DNA of 63,459 nucleotides, filler included, from Bonamia ostreae (Eukaryota): NCBI GenBank assembly GCA_040357525.1. It is 35 parts of 35 records of this genome, joined end to end, with 100 filler letters (N's around TTAATTAATTAA, not from the genome) between each part and the next. Parts side by side here need not be neighbours in the genome. Positions count along the whole stretch, not along the records: positions 12,792 to 14,515 come from JBDODL010001399.1; positions 14,616 to 16,336 come from JBDODL010001400.1; positions 16,437 to 18,157 come from JBDODL010001401.1; positions 18,258 to 19,977 come from JBDODL010001402.1; positions 20,078 to 21,797 come from JBDODL010001403.1; positions 21,898 to 23,617 come from JBDODL010001404.1; positions 23,718 to 25,437 come from JBDODL010001405.1; positions 25,538 to 27,256 come from JBDODL010001406.1; 27 more parts are not named here. One strand, 5' to 3'. Shown piece by piece: positions 13,831 to 26,608 of this stretch (position 1 is its first letter; each line of letters starts with the position of its first letter). The notes under the pieces were generated by a model. It saw only the letters and a program-made list of their open reading frames with translations, ran no database searches and was not told where the DNA came from. The position numbers and the translations under genes were made by a program.

Positions 13831-16436
13831 GTGATTATGATACCATTTCTATTTCTGATGATAAATCACAACTTGACAAACTAACACGCCCATATCATCC
13901 ATAAACGTTAGTCAGATATTGCGAATTCAATAGATATGTACATGAGAATACTTCGTGCCAATTTCAGGGTGTATATTTTCCAAATGTTTTGTAGGAAAAC
14001 CTAACCTTAAGGAATGCACTATTCTAAACTTCATGAAAATGAAATGAGAATGTTTATTTTATAAACACAGTCTTCAATATAATAAAGGATTGGACAGCAA
14101 CCTATAAGCCTATATACAATTCATCCTCTCTATATATAATTACATAAGTTTTCATGGCACAAGTGTACACATACAAATGGAGATGTTTGAAAGTGAAAGG
14201 TACATATTTTGCTCAAAATGTACAAAAAGGAAAACTGTAGAAAAAAATATGAAAAGAAAGGGGCACTGATAAAGAAAGGAGAAAATGTTCAATCCTCATT
14301 GTTTATAAAGTGGCTTATAAAATGGCTTATAAACTATGCATAAAACAAAAGAGAAAGGATTTGAATCTTAGTAATAAGATTGATTAATCAAAGTGCTGAC
14401 TTCCATGTATGCTTTATATTAACAGTTATAGGTAAATCATCTTTTCCACATCTAAATAGTTTTCAAAACCAATGTCATCAACGAGTATGACTTCGACACT
14501 TTGCACAACAATAGANNNNNNNNNNNNNNNNNNNNNNNNNNNNNNNNNNNNNNNNNNNNTTAATTAATTAANNNNNNNNNNNNNNNNNNNNNNNNNNNNN
14601 NNNNNNNNNNNNNNNAGTAGTTTTACAGTTTGATTCAAAGTTTTTAAATGATACTTATATTACATGTATATCGTCATTGAATATAGACGTAAAACCAAAA
14701 GTAGTGTGCACTGTACACCATTATCAGATAGAGATAATAAGAATGTATACAAATAAACAATTAAAAGTCATTTGATTGGAAAATACATGTGTAGCATCAA
14801 CTTCATTACCGACTCTCTATTTCTGTCATATCTCCGCCACTTTTCCTGAAATTGGAAATACATTGATATCGTATAAATCAACATAAATCAAAGCAAAATA
14901 CTACACGATTTGGGAGCACTTTCAATTCATTATGCTGAAGTTAAACCTTGTCCGTGTATTATGATGCTATGTATATGTTTTTTCTTCCTAGTGACTTTCA
15001 TAATTCTACATTACAATTCAAGTATTCTTTAGGGGAAAAAACTCGAGTCTTGTTTACATAACACAAAGTTAGGGATACCATAATGCTCTTCTCTGTGCAT
15101 TAAGAAAGCCCAGATGTTAACTGTCAATTTTAGATGAGTCATAGTTTGAATATTTAACATCAAAAATGAAAAAGAAAATCAAAAGCGTAATCAGTTTTTA
15201 TAAATGAAGCAATATAGGTTCGTATTCATCAAATGACAGATCAGTTTGAACTCCAGGAAATTATATCTTAAAATATTTTCTGAAGAACGCGACCAGAAAT
15301 TCCAATTTTAGTAGACAAATCAGAAATTTTGTCGAGAACATTAAGTGTATCTTAGGTCCGGGACGGGAATAAGAAGGGATTTAAATAAGTGAGGTACTGT
15401 ACAGGAAGAATAACAGGACATTATGTGCTTTATTCTAGCAATGATAGCAATGGATAACTTTTCAAATTTACATACATTCACATACAGTGTGAATACTTAT
15501 TTTTTGACCATTGCCAAAAGGAAAAGGACGACAAAAAAGATGTGAAATTTTACAAATCAATTCAATACATTACCTATGGATATAACATTTGTTTAAATTT
15601 CATTTACCTGCCCCATTACGTGTCGAAGAGACTCTGAGTCGTCTGGTATCTAGAAAGCGACCATGGTATTCATTGATAAGTAATGATTTAATGTATTCAA
15701 TTTACAATAGTTTGGATATTGGTTTTCTCCAACAACATACATGTTTAAAATATACTGTGAAACCATTTGATTACACTGCAATACTCGAATCTATATGTTA
15801 TTACAAGTACAGAAACTATATTAACCCAATGAAATACTCTCTAATCTCGACAATCCACAAAATATAGTTTCAATTAATTCAAATGATTCTGTAGTAGAAT
15901 TTAAAAACGTTTGGTTTTTTTTCAATCACAAATATCATTTGCAACTTACAGAAAATGAAGATAAGTATTCAAAATCATATTACATAATAATATTTAAATT
16001 ATGTATGCGTATTGTTGTGAAAAGGAAATGTTACATTTCTTGCGTTCCTCCTCAGTATCCATAACCTGCATAGGAGTCCGATGATTATCAGAAACAGAAA
16101 AACTATTACGGCAATCTGCAAATAAAAATACGCTATTATAGAATTCCATCTCTAATAATTTTTCATTTAGAGTGACGCATAGACATATAAATGTGAACTA
16201 AGTTATTTTCATGCATACATGTGTATAATCTATATATGCATACATCTACATACATACGTTCATCTTTACATACGTTCATCTTTACACACATACATACATA
16301 CATATTATGAGACCCCCAAAAGACTAGCTATATCTTNNNNNNNNNNNNNNNNNNNNNNNNNNNNNNNNNNNNNNNNNNNNTTAATTAATTAANNNNNNNN
16401 NNNNNNNNNNNNNNNNNNNNNNNNNNNNNNNNNNNN

Positions 16437-17486
16437 CGTTATCAAAACGCTTCCAGAATCGCTGAAAATGGAAAATTGCAACTTGCGGTCGAAAAGAAAA
16501 ATCACTGAAAAACGTCAAAATGGCGTTGAAAGTATTCCGACGCGTCCAAAGGACACCGTCAGAGTAGAACTATTCAAAAATCAAGATCGCACGATAAAAT
16601 CGTTTTTTGACGACATCGACAAAAAATCGACTTCAATTGACAACAATGACAAAAAATCGACTTCAATTGACAACAATGACAAAAAATCGACTTCAATTGT
16701 AGTCAAAGACAAAAAATCGATTTCAAAACGATTTGATCCGAAAAGCGATTTGTCGTTTCAAGAATGGCTTTCGAATCTGAAAATGGGAAGAGACGAGAGA
16801 GTATCGAAGATTTTGAAGAATTTTGTCTATGTCGGCGACATCAACGGATATCTGATGCTCATTCAATGCGGGAAAAAACTGTTTGCAATCTAATCTAAAG
16901 ACTGTCGTTAAACCTAAAACCGATTTTCAAAGTTTTGCTGAAGCAGAACTTTTTGGCAAACCGGAAAAACGCGGACATTTTGCGGTGGGAAAAGCCGTTG
17001 GTCGTCGAGGAAGAGATTTCGAGCTATCTGAGCAAGAAAAAGCGCAGAAAGGGCAAAGACCAATCGCGGCCATTGTCCAGAAAAATGTGTTCGCTGTTGG
17101 TCGCCAAACGGACGCAATTGAGAAAAGTCGGAATAACAATATCGGAAAAGGGCGCACTTGAATCGATTCCAGATCTTTTGCCCGAAATGGAAATTCTTAA
17201 AGAACGAACGGGCAAATTTTTGGGGAAAATGGCGGAGGAAGCGCGCGAAGACCCGAAATTCGGCCAAAGTTTGGAATCGTTGGACAGAATTTTGAGTTTC
17301 TTTTGGATATTGTACTTGAGCAAAGATGAAGGGATAAGTGCCAACGCGAGCAGAGACACTTTTATGAAATCTGTGCTTGTCCCAAAGGTGAGAAAAGTTT
17401 ATCCTTTGGCGACATTTCTGGATGACAAAACTTTTGTTCAAATAAGCAGTTTGGACAGGTTCTATTCTTCGTTCGAACGCTGCTAA
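16437..17486 (+). CDS. MLH1: DNA mismatch repair protein MLH1, C-terminal part; intron 16881-16900 (20 nt)
   Basis: FVYVGDI...LIQCGKKL|LSLN... and the invariant C-terminal FERC* motif. Removing gtttgcaatctaatctaaag joins ORFs 16468 and 16935 in frame. Confidence 0.92.
16618..16725 (+). repeat. 30-bp coding tandem repeat (DKKSTSIDNN) x ~3.5 in the MLH1 linker
   Basis: gacaaaaaatcgacttcaattgacaacaat at 16618 and 16648, a diverged copy at 16678 and a partial copy at 16708. Confidence 0.9.
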
Positions 17487-20077
17487 ACTTTAAATTATTA
17501 CGCGGCGATGTTCCGTAGCCATTTTGACTATTTTTGTAAAACGTCATTTTGCAATAAAAAAACGTCGATTTTTCTTTTAATGGGCCACATCTGCTCGGAT
17601 CGTCGCTTGCTTATTTTTCGTTACGATATCTCTTTATTTTTCTCTAAAACATATTAAAATTTCTTTTGAAAACATTTCTCGGCAAATTAACTTCCAATTC
17701 TGTAAAAAAAATAATTTCGAAAATAAATAATCGAAGCTCTAATTAAAAATGTTATAACGGAATAAAAAATAAAAAAATAATTTCGAAAATATAGATAATC
17801 CTACATGTTTACGTGAAAGGTTAGGAAATTTTGTGTCAAGAAAAACAACGTTTTGTTAAGACTCGATATCAACATACGGAAAAGTCAAAAACAATGACTT
17901 AAAAAAATCGCTTTCATGCTAAAAAAATCTAAGACTAAGACCATTTTATAAATCTCTTAAAAAATCTCTTTCATTTTATAAAGCGTAAAAAAGTACATGT
18001 GAATTAAAGAAAAAAAGTCAACCGATTAATTGCGGAAATTAAAGAAAACATTGGTGGCAAAAATATTATCAAGCGTCAAAATATTGATGGCAACCGATTT
18101 TGAATTAAAGAAAACAGCCAAAATTCAATTTGATTGTGGAAAAGGTCGGCAGAACATNNNNNNNNNNNNNNNNNNNNNNNNNNNNNNNNNNNNNNNNNNN
18201 NTTAATTAATTAANNNNNNNNNNNNNNNNNNNNNNNNNNNNNNNNNNNNNNNNNNNNTTTTCGATTGACTTCTCTAAGCCAATACAATATGTGCTCCTGT
18301 CAAAAACCGCTATTTCAATATCATTTGGAATATTATCTATCTGCTACTTCATTATACTAGATAAAGAGTCTATATATATATATACCGAACCAACAAGGTA
18401 TGTCATTTTTCTTATGTAGTCACTGATTGATCAAGCGCTGCTAAAAAGTCCAATTGTGTTTCTAAAACAATGTCGACTTTTGAATAGCTCGATCGGACAA
18501 GGGGTTATGGGGAGCGAAGTGGACCGATAACCCTTGACTAGCGAATACGATTTTTACAGATTAATCCCTCTCTCCAAAACATTTCATAAGTTTTCAGATT
18601 TTGATATTGCATCTTAGTTACAGGTGCATGCCTTCAGGAAAACTGATACCAACTTGTATTTAGAACTGGGCAGAATCCAGGCCGACGCCAAAACGTTGCG
18701 TGCGAAAGCATACTTTGCCATATTCCTATCCTGTTCTACTTGTTTGTATAGCTGGTACAGAAATACATTGTCCAATAAAGTGAGAGGTTATCAATCGCTA
18801 CATCGGAAGAAATTTAGGTTGTTATTGCTTATGTTTCCGTTCTATTTTCTGAAATAGTGATGGGCTATTTCCTATACGTGCCATTTTAAATTTTAATTGA
18901 GCATTTGTCGGTTAAAGCAATCAAGTACTATATATATATATATATATATTATCCTCGTTGCGGCCTACAATCTGTATATGATATATATGATAAGTGTGTA
19001 TAGCTAATGACTCCTTCATAATTACCGGTTTGTTCATTCATTAGAGTAATGGTTTTTATTGATAAAATGAAATCAATAATAAATAGGAATGTCAAATAAC
19101 ATTTTCAGTATCGGAACTCATCAAGCACTCATCAAGCACTGTGTATTTCGCATTAAAACAAGCGAGGAATTCCAATGAATATCAATGTATATTCTCCATT
19201 AAAGTTAAGAAATTCAATATTATTCTCGCACAACGCAAGCACTATAAATCCACAGGAAAACAATACATTTCATAGGAATTGGATTCTTCGAAGTACATGA
19301 TAAAACTTGTTCTTTTTTGTTGGTGTTGATTCTTTCTCCTAACAAGTATCGAAATCATCATCAAGTTTTGCAGTTTTCCATCAATTGTTCGCTGGTACGA
19401 TTATATACTATTAATACTCAATACTATATTATAATTTATTTCTTTTCGCAGGTCCCGAGTGTAACCCTTGGCAGGGGCACAAAAGGTATCCATATATGAT
19501 AGATTTCACTGTGCTTAATATTCACTATCTCTTCACTGGGGACAGATTTGTTTATTTTAGAGTTAAATGTAATCTTTATGAAATATTTGAAACGCAGTGT
19601 GCATGTTATATGGTCTTATTTAATTCATGTCAAATGAAAGTGTTTCAATTCCATTCTCAATTATTGTGTGTATCACGTGAAAGCTTTGGTGGTCGAACTT
19701 TCTAGCGGTGCTGACCAGCCACTGCTATATGATTTTGTTGCACAGATCGTAAGTTAAATACCGGGCAGGGACGGGAGTTGGTCTCCATTACATAGTGAAT
19801 TTCATAGTACTTTCCTATAGACACATTGTTTTGGTTAAAATTAGATTTGTTTCATGTCTCTTTCTAGCACATTATACAGTCACCAGTGAAATAGATCTAA
19901 TCATTTTCATTCACAATATTATGTATATTAAAATTGTTTATGAATTTTATATCATCGTCTCTGTTTTATACCATATANNNNNNNNNNNNNNNNNNNNNNN
20001 NNNNNNNNNNNNNNNNNNNNNTTAATTAATTAANNNNNNNNNNNNNNNNNNNNNNNNNNNNNNNNNNNNNNNNNNNN

Positions 20078-20330
20078 TTTGTTTTGAACTGATTTTGAAA
20101 CCATTTTTAGCAATTTTAAATTTTTGTTTTGAACTGATTTGAAACCATTTTTAGCAATTTTAAATTTTTGTTTTGAACTGATTTTGAAACCATTTTTAGC
20201 AATTTTAAATTTTTGTTTTGAACTGATTTGAAACCATTTTTAGCAATTTTAAATTTTTGTTTTGAACTGATTTTGAAACCATTTTTAGCAATTTTAAATT
20301 TTTGTTTTGACTGATTTTGAAATTTTTTTG
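20078..20330. repeat. Intronic minisatellite, ~45-bp unit x ~5
   Basis: gttttgaactgattttgaaaccatttttagcaattttaaattttt is repeated. Confidence 0.92.
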
Positions 20331-20383
20331 ATTGAAATTTTAACTGTTTTTAGAAATTATTAGCAACTTAAAAATAAAATTAC

Positions 20384-21555
20384 CTTTCATTCAAAATTTG
20401 ATATATAAAATCTGATTGTCTGACAAGCTCGTCTACCACTTCCTCCAAAACTCTTTTTTGAATGTTATTTCTAAAATTGTCCCATTTTGAACAAAAATCT
20501 TTGTTGTCCGGCCAAATTTTCTCAAATCTAGCAATGTGAAAATTCGCATTTTTATGCAAATCTGTTCTTTGCTCGTGAATTGTTCCCCACATTTTCTGTT
20601 TTCCGCCGCGAATCGTTTTTCTTATCAAATAAAGCTTTTCTTTCGTCATTCTCTTTTTAATGTAAAATTAATTTTCGTTTTTGAGTAATTTAATTTGTTG
20701 TTTTCGTTTTACAAAAAAATTTCAATTTTTAATCGCATTTTTTATTTTCAATTAATTAATCTTTTTTTGAAAGATTTTTTGTTTGCTGCTCCACATCAAA
20801 AAACGATGAGACTATCTTCAAAGAGCCGTGAGAGCACTTCAAAACAAAACAAATCTACTTTCCGCACCATTTCGTTCATTATCTTCTCCACAATCGTTTT
20901 GTCCAACTGCACTTCGACATATTCTTTGATGCTCAGTTTTAGCACTCCTTCCGCAAAAGCCCTTTTTGTGGCAACAAGAGTTTCTTCTCTCTTTTTGCCA
21001 AAGTCGTTTATCGTTTTGTTTTTCTCTGTCATTTCTTTTTCCAATTCGTTTTTGTACCTTTCCGTCAGTTGAACCAAAAGTTGATCGATTTTCGACTTTT
21101 GGATTTCTTTGACTTGGAGAGCTATCGCGCCGAGCAGTTTTTTCCGCCACTTGTACCGGATTTGGTCGATGTAGTCGATTTCTTCGCCGTTTTCCATTAC
21201 AGTGTTTGATTTATTTTTGTTGTTTGCGGTGCGAAATCCGGACGGAAATGCCTTTTCGTCAAAACTTCCCATCGCTTTCGAGACGATTTGGCCACCGATT
21301 TTGGCAAAATTGTCGATGTCGGCGCCAATTAGATCGTTTTGGCTTAAACGGAAGGTTTCTAGGCTTTTTTCGTAATAGTTTTCGCAGAGATTGTTGGTCA
21401 GCGATTCTTTCTGAGAAGAGATGTTAAGTTCTTTGAAGGACTTTACTGAGTCCCACAAGGAGCAGAAGTATTGGTACATCGCCGAAATTGGAACGTCCTT
21501 TGTCTTTTGATAATGTTCTTTGGCATAATAACTTTCGGGTTCGTTCGATTTGAAG
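20384..21555 (-). CDS. SEY1: SEY1/RHD3 ER-fusion GTPase, internal fragment; intron 20653-20804
   Basis: DVPISAMYQYFCSLWDSVKSFKELNISSQKESL...C resembles the Sey1/RHD3 motif VPxxGFxxYxxxIWxxIxxNKDLDLPxQ. Splicing restores the LIRM motif. Confidence 0.72.
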
Positions 21556-21559
21556 CTCG

Positions 21560-21797
21560 ATTTTTTTTTAATTTTTGAACACGAAAAATTTTGTTTTTCG
21601 ATAAAAAGTTTTGCAAATTTTTAATTTTTGAACACTAAAAATTTTGTTTTTCGATAAAAAGTTTTGCAAATTTTTAATTTTTGAACACGAAAAATTTTGT
21701 TTTTCGATAAAAAGTTTTGCAAATTTTTAATTTTTGAACACTAAAAATTTTGTTTTTCGATAAAAAGTTTTGCAAATTTTTAATTTTTGAACACGAA
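21560..21797. repeat. Intronic minisatellite, 53-bp unit x ~4.5
   Basis: atttttgaacac(g/t)aaaaattttgtttttcgataaaaagttttgcaaattttta is repeated. Confidence 0.92.
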
Positions 21798-21948
21798 NNN
21801 NNNNNNNNNNNNNNNNNNNNNNNNNNNNNNNNNNNNNNNNNTTAATTAATTAANNNNNNNNNNNNNNNNNNNNNNNNNNNNNNNNNNNNNNNNNNNNATC
21901 AGATGCCTAAGAGGATTAAACATCCCATGTCGACCGGTCATGCCCGCC

Positions 21949-22007
21949 GCGATCCCTTTATCTCGATCAGGTAAACGGAATTTACCTGATCGAGATAAAG
22001 GGATCGC
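21949..22007. repeat. Perfect 27-bp inverted repeat with 5-nt loop
   Basis: gcgatccctttatctcgatcaggtaaa-cggaa-tttacctgatcgagataaagggatcgc. Confidence 0.95.
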
Positions 22008-22595
22008 ACAGTAAATTATGAAACATTACGTGCATTAGGCATTATTGTTAAAAAATGTTTTCGAAACACAAAACAATATACACATTTGTATAAAATAATC
22101 ATCCCGCTTTTGAACATAAAACATCCAATGATGTAAGAGTTATACAAACCCTCGTATAATTAGGCATACAAACACCTTTTGGGAATGCTACATCGGTAAG
22201 CTAAATTAAAGAAAACAAATAAAACACTAAAACATAAAGTACATCAAATTCAAATATAAACATTATGTAATATTTGTCCGGAAAAGTATTTTTCTGCCGA
22301 TATGTTGTTTTCTTTTTTTCTGATCCGAATCACTGGGTTTTCTGAACGTGTACAGGGGCAACATGTCTTTCGGTTTCAATGAAAACTTGTTAGATAAAAA
22401 GGATACTTTGAATTTCCTGTTCCAGGATAATTTGATAATGACCCTAGCGATCCTGCATCAGTAAACATGATATGTAAGTTGATGTAACCACATAGGTCAA
22501 ATAGAAACAATATCCCCGAACATCCGTTTGTGGTTTTGTCATGTTTGAACAATTCATGATTTGATTTGATGGCATAATATGTTGCTTCATGAAAG

Positions 22596-23280
22596 AAAAT
22601 ATCTATGTTTTATAATGTAGGGCTCATGGCGGATGTGGCCGCTCCATAGGGAATGATTACTCTTCTCAGGCACCCGATCCGACTTTTAATCTAGTGAGAG
22701 AGGTCATATTATATGTATTTCACAGAAAACAAAATTTAAAAAAAAAGCACTTATATGACATTTGACTCCCTAGACCCCCTTTTGAGGTCATGGTATACCA
22801 TGACAAATTTGATACACAATTGTTCCTTGTGCAATTGCTTACCAAAATAAGTCATATGCCTATCCCGAATTGGGCACAGAGATTTTAGTCGATTTAAAAA
22901 TATTACCATTGAATCTTCAAAAAATTGTTTTCGTAGAGATCGGGTTCCGGAACTGACAGAATGATTCGGGAGGATGATCACCCAGATCCCTCGGTGGTTT
23001 AAAAAGCCTGTGGTGGGTAGCATCCATAGTCATAGAGTTGCGTCTATATCCTGTTGTTAAAAAATACNNNNNNNNNNCCTAATTGTGTATGTAGTATATT
23101 TGGTATATATAAATTAACGATGCCCATTGGTATTGCGTTTACGTCTCTGTGTTATTTGAACAATCCATGATTTGATTTGTTGGCAATATGTTGGTTTAAA
23201 AAAAAAGAAATATCTATGTTTTATAATGTGGGACTTATGGCAGATGTGACCGCTCCATAGGGGATGCTTACTCTTCTTTA
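22596..23280 (+). repeat. Two copies of a host dispersed repeat (about 22596-22690 and 23205-23280); related pieces at 12792-12855, 21898-21985 (reverse) and about 33860-33890 (reverse)
   Basis: The copies share tatctatgttttataatgt.gg.ct.atggc.gatgtg.ccgctccataggg.atg.ttactcttct. I recall this resembling an abundant oyster interspersed element, but did not search it. Confidence 0.7.
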
Positions 23281-24068
23281 TGAACATTTTATCATAAAAC
23301 ATCACCTGTATAGTGTTATGTTACATAGTTAATTCCTTTCATCTATGGATTTCACTTTTTTCCTGCCGCTCTACGACAAAACATATTATATGATTCCCTT
23401 AAAAATATATGGCACCAAATGGATCTAATGTATTTTTCTGGAGATTATTTATAATAATTAAGAACTTGATAATTTTGAGTTTGTTTGTCTCTAGCTACAT
23501 GTATGTGCCCTACATAATATTAATGATATCTATCAAAATAAAATATGCATATGAACACAATTATTATAGAAATCGCATATTAGAAATACGAATATATCAT
23601 TTTGAATTGTGCATTACNNNNNNNNNNNNNNNNNNNNNNNNNNNNNNNNNNNNNNNNNNNNTTAATTAATTAANNNNNNNNNNNNNNNNNNNNNNNNNNN
23701 NNNNNNNNNNNNNNNNNTCAATATATATATTATAAAAACAAAAATTTAAAATAATCTTTAACTAACTAAAAAATATATCAATTAAAAGAAAAACTATAAA
23801 AAAAAAAAACACAAAAATTATATTCACTAAAAATATAAATGTAATTAAAATTAAACACAAAAATATATTTCTAAACTAAAAAAACAATATAATAATACAT
23901 TGTATTTTTTTAAACAATAATAATATAATTAAATAATATACTTAAAAAAATAGATTAAAATATAAATTTAAAATTTTCATCAAAAAAGTGATTTTGCAAA
24001 AAATCAAAAATAATTATTTTTTCATCAAAAAATAATTATTTTTGGAAATAGTTATTTTTTTCGAAAAC

Positions 24069-24454
24069 ATGTTGACACGACATTGCAAATCTCTTTGCAA
24101 TTTTTTCTGGGTCATTCCCGAAGGACCGATTACCAAACCGACAAAATTAATCGCTTTGTTTTGAACCAATTCGTCTGGAATTGGAATTCTCGCTTCGAAG
24201 CTGTTTTGGTTTGTTCTTGATTTCTCCGCAAACTTTTCGGCCTCTTTCAGAATTTTTTCCATTTTTCTGTCTTTTTTTGTAACTGGTTTTTTTGCAATTT
24301 TTTTGTGTTTCGGTTGACCGGGCGGCGCGTCGTCAAATCTGGATCGACGTTTTTTCTTCGTTTTTGTTTCTTCTTTTTTGTAATTTTGTAATTTTTTGTC
24401 ATTTTTGTTATTTTCCCCATTTTTTGATTTGGCGTTGTTCGATTTCTGGTCCAT
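24069..24454 (-). CDS. SF1: Splicing factor 1 / branch-point binding protein (KH domain), first exon; donor GTTTTC at 24068
   Basis: N-terminal KKKRRSRFDD is ULM-like. RIPIP...INFVGLVIGPSGMTQKKLQRDLQCRV matches the SF1/BBP KH motif INFVGLLIGPRGxTLK. Confidence 0.75.
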
Positions 24455-24798
24455 TAATATTATGTTGTCTAAATTTTGTTATTTGGATTCTGTGTATATT
24501 TTAAAATTTGAGCTTTTGCAAATGAAAATTTAGACGAAATTTTATTTGCTATTTGCATGCATTTAAGTGTCTGTTTTGATGTAAAAATTATCGTTCAAAT
24601 TTTTTAAACTTTTGATTAAATTATTAAAGTTTTAACGTATAAAATAAAATGTTAAAGCTCATTAAATTTAATAATATGCGATCGACATTAATCTCTGTAC
24701 AATTAGAAACATTTTCTGTTATGTACATTGTGCAATGAGATAATTGCAAACAGAAAAATTTTAAGTTATTGAAAATCAAAAATCGGTAACAGCTAAAA

Positions 24799-25202
24799 AT
24801 GGGGAATCCAACAGAATATGAAGTGAGGATATTTAACGTCAAAACAAAGATAAAACGGATAAATATGGCAATCGGCGCTATTTTTACGATTCTAATTTTG
24901 ATAATCCCTTTTATCATTTTTTCTCCTTCGCTCACCAAATCTCTTTTTATCTACAAAAATTCTATTTCGGGCGACAAAATTCAAGACAAATCCATTTTTA
25001 GTAACAAATTAAAAGATGTTTTTCACCAAAAAGCTATCAAAATCAACTAAAAACAAATGACCAAAATTTAAGATTATCGTTAATTAGTCTAAAAACGATA
25101 AATTTTAAAGGGAATTGTAACAAAATCAAAATTAGATATAAATTTGATGGGAAAAGGGTTACAATCGAGCGAGGATCAAATTGATTTGAAAGTCTCTGAT
25201 AG
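24799..25202 (+). CDS. Hypothetical single-pass membrane protein, 5' part (probable intron about 25018-25110)
   Basis: Hydrophobic stretch AIGAIFTILILIIPFIIF. A GTTTTT...AAG intron extends the frame. Confidence 0.45.
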
Positions 25203-25537
25203 TTTTTGGTTTGACAAAAACAATTCTTTGCACTTAAATTCCGCAAAAATATTTTCAGATTCTGTTGTTTTTTTTTTAATTTAATAATTTTAAAATTTTT
25301 GTATTTTTTTTAATTTTACAAATTTTTTTTATATTTTTTCAAAATTTTGTAAATTTTTTAGGAAATTTTGGATTTTTTTTGAAATTTAATTTTTGAAATT
25401 TTTAATATTTTTATAAAATTTATTTTTAATTTTTTTTNNNNNNNNNNNNNNNNNNNNNNNNNNNNNNNNNNNNNNNNNNNNTTAATTAATTAANNNNNNN
25501 NNNNNNNNNNNNNNNNNNNNNNNNNNNNNNNNNNNNN

Positions 25538-26131
25538 TGCATGCAGAGCAATCACACTGTCTGCGACACGCAGGGCATTTCCATTTTTTGAGATAACTTA
25601 AATCAAAATAAAAACAATGGCGTTATAGCTGATTTGTCAATCAAATTAATATCATTCGATTTGAGACAATATTTGAAGAACACCTTTTTGCAGGCGGTCG
25701 AAGTTTTTGGAATTTTTGTGCAGATGTAGCTTTTTCCTCTTTGTGTTTTTAGTTTGCATCTGTGACATTTCAAAAGAGCTTGTTGTAGGCCCATCTAAAT
25801 CTTGTATGATAAACTTGCTCTTGAAGTGTTTCGTCGGGCATTGGTGGGCGAGTTGAAGTTTTTTTCGACTTTTCAACAAATTTCAACTGCAGAGACGGGA
25901 ATTCAGAATAATCTTCGAGATACTTTATTAAATATTCATCAAAACGATCAACTTTCCTTGATAAGCGTTGAAAGCACTTTTTATGACGCTGTTCCGAAAC
26001 TTGATTATGTTCGCCAAATCCTTTTTGAGCCCAATCACTTCTTTGTCTGAAAAGTTGCAGACTTTGAGATCAACGAGCAAAGACTTGAAAAAGTTTTCTT
26101 CGAAAGTTTTGCAGTTATAAATCGATTCCAT
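25538..26131 (-). CDS. zf-4CXXC-R1 (CDCA7-type) zinc-finger protein, paralogue A; introns 25923-25945, 25795-25814, 25597-25615
   Basis: The spliced frame is open and ends CHRCKLK...C....CKKVFFKYCL...WKCPACRRQCDCSAC, the zf-4CXXC-R1 pattern with one expected Cys replaced by Phe. Confidence 0.75.
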
Positions 26132-26608
26132 TTTAAGAATAAAAAATTATTTTCCAAATTTAGTTTATGAAGAGATTATCAAAACTTTATAAAATGTTAT
26201 AGTTTTCTATTCGATATTTGTTAATCATTATTAAAAAAACTCTTTGAAACAATATTTTAGTATAAATCGAATCAATTTTATCAATATTTTGAAACAATAT
26301 AAATTGTATACTTTTGAAGCCAGATTTTCTTTTATTAATATAGTTTCAAGATTAAATTATTTAAAAGATTCTTGTTCTGTAAATTATTGTTATTTTTGTC
26401 GCTTTATTTACATTTTTCTACTTTATGAAAATGGTTGCATTTTTTAAGATAGATTTAATGAATAAGAGAACCCAAAGGGGAAAAATCAATATTAACATTT
26501 GGAGAAATCGAATTATTAAAAATTTTGGAGAAAATTAATATTAAAAAATTTGGAGAAATCGAATTAATATTAAAAATTTGTTGAAATCATCAAATAGTTA
26601 GTTATTTA

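Noticed and set aside
5486-16336. 60-90 aa ORFs in the gene-poor contigs
   Set aside because: They have no recognisable motifs apart from the WSC-like exon, and their lengths are as expected by chance in AT-rich DNA.
16883-17547. Multiple overlapping ORFs on both strands over MLH1 (similarly at 20695-21427, 39283-39934 and 49204-49765)
   Set aside because: They are shadow frames of a real gene with no motifs of their own.
20078-20330. CRISPR-like array
   Set aside because: The units are head-to-tail with no unique spacers, in a eukaryotic intronic context with no cas genes.
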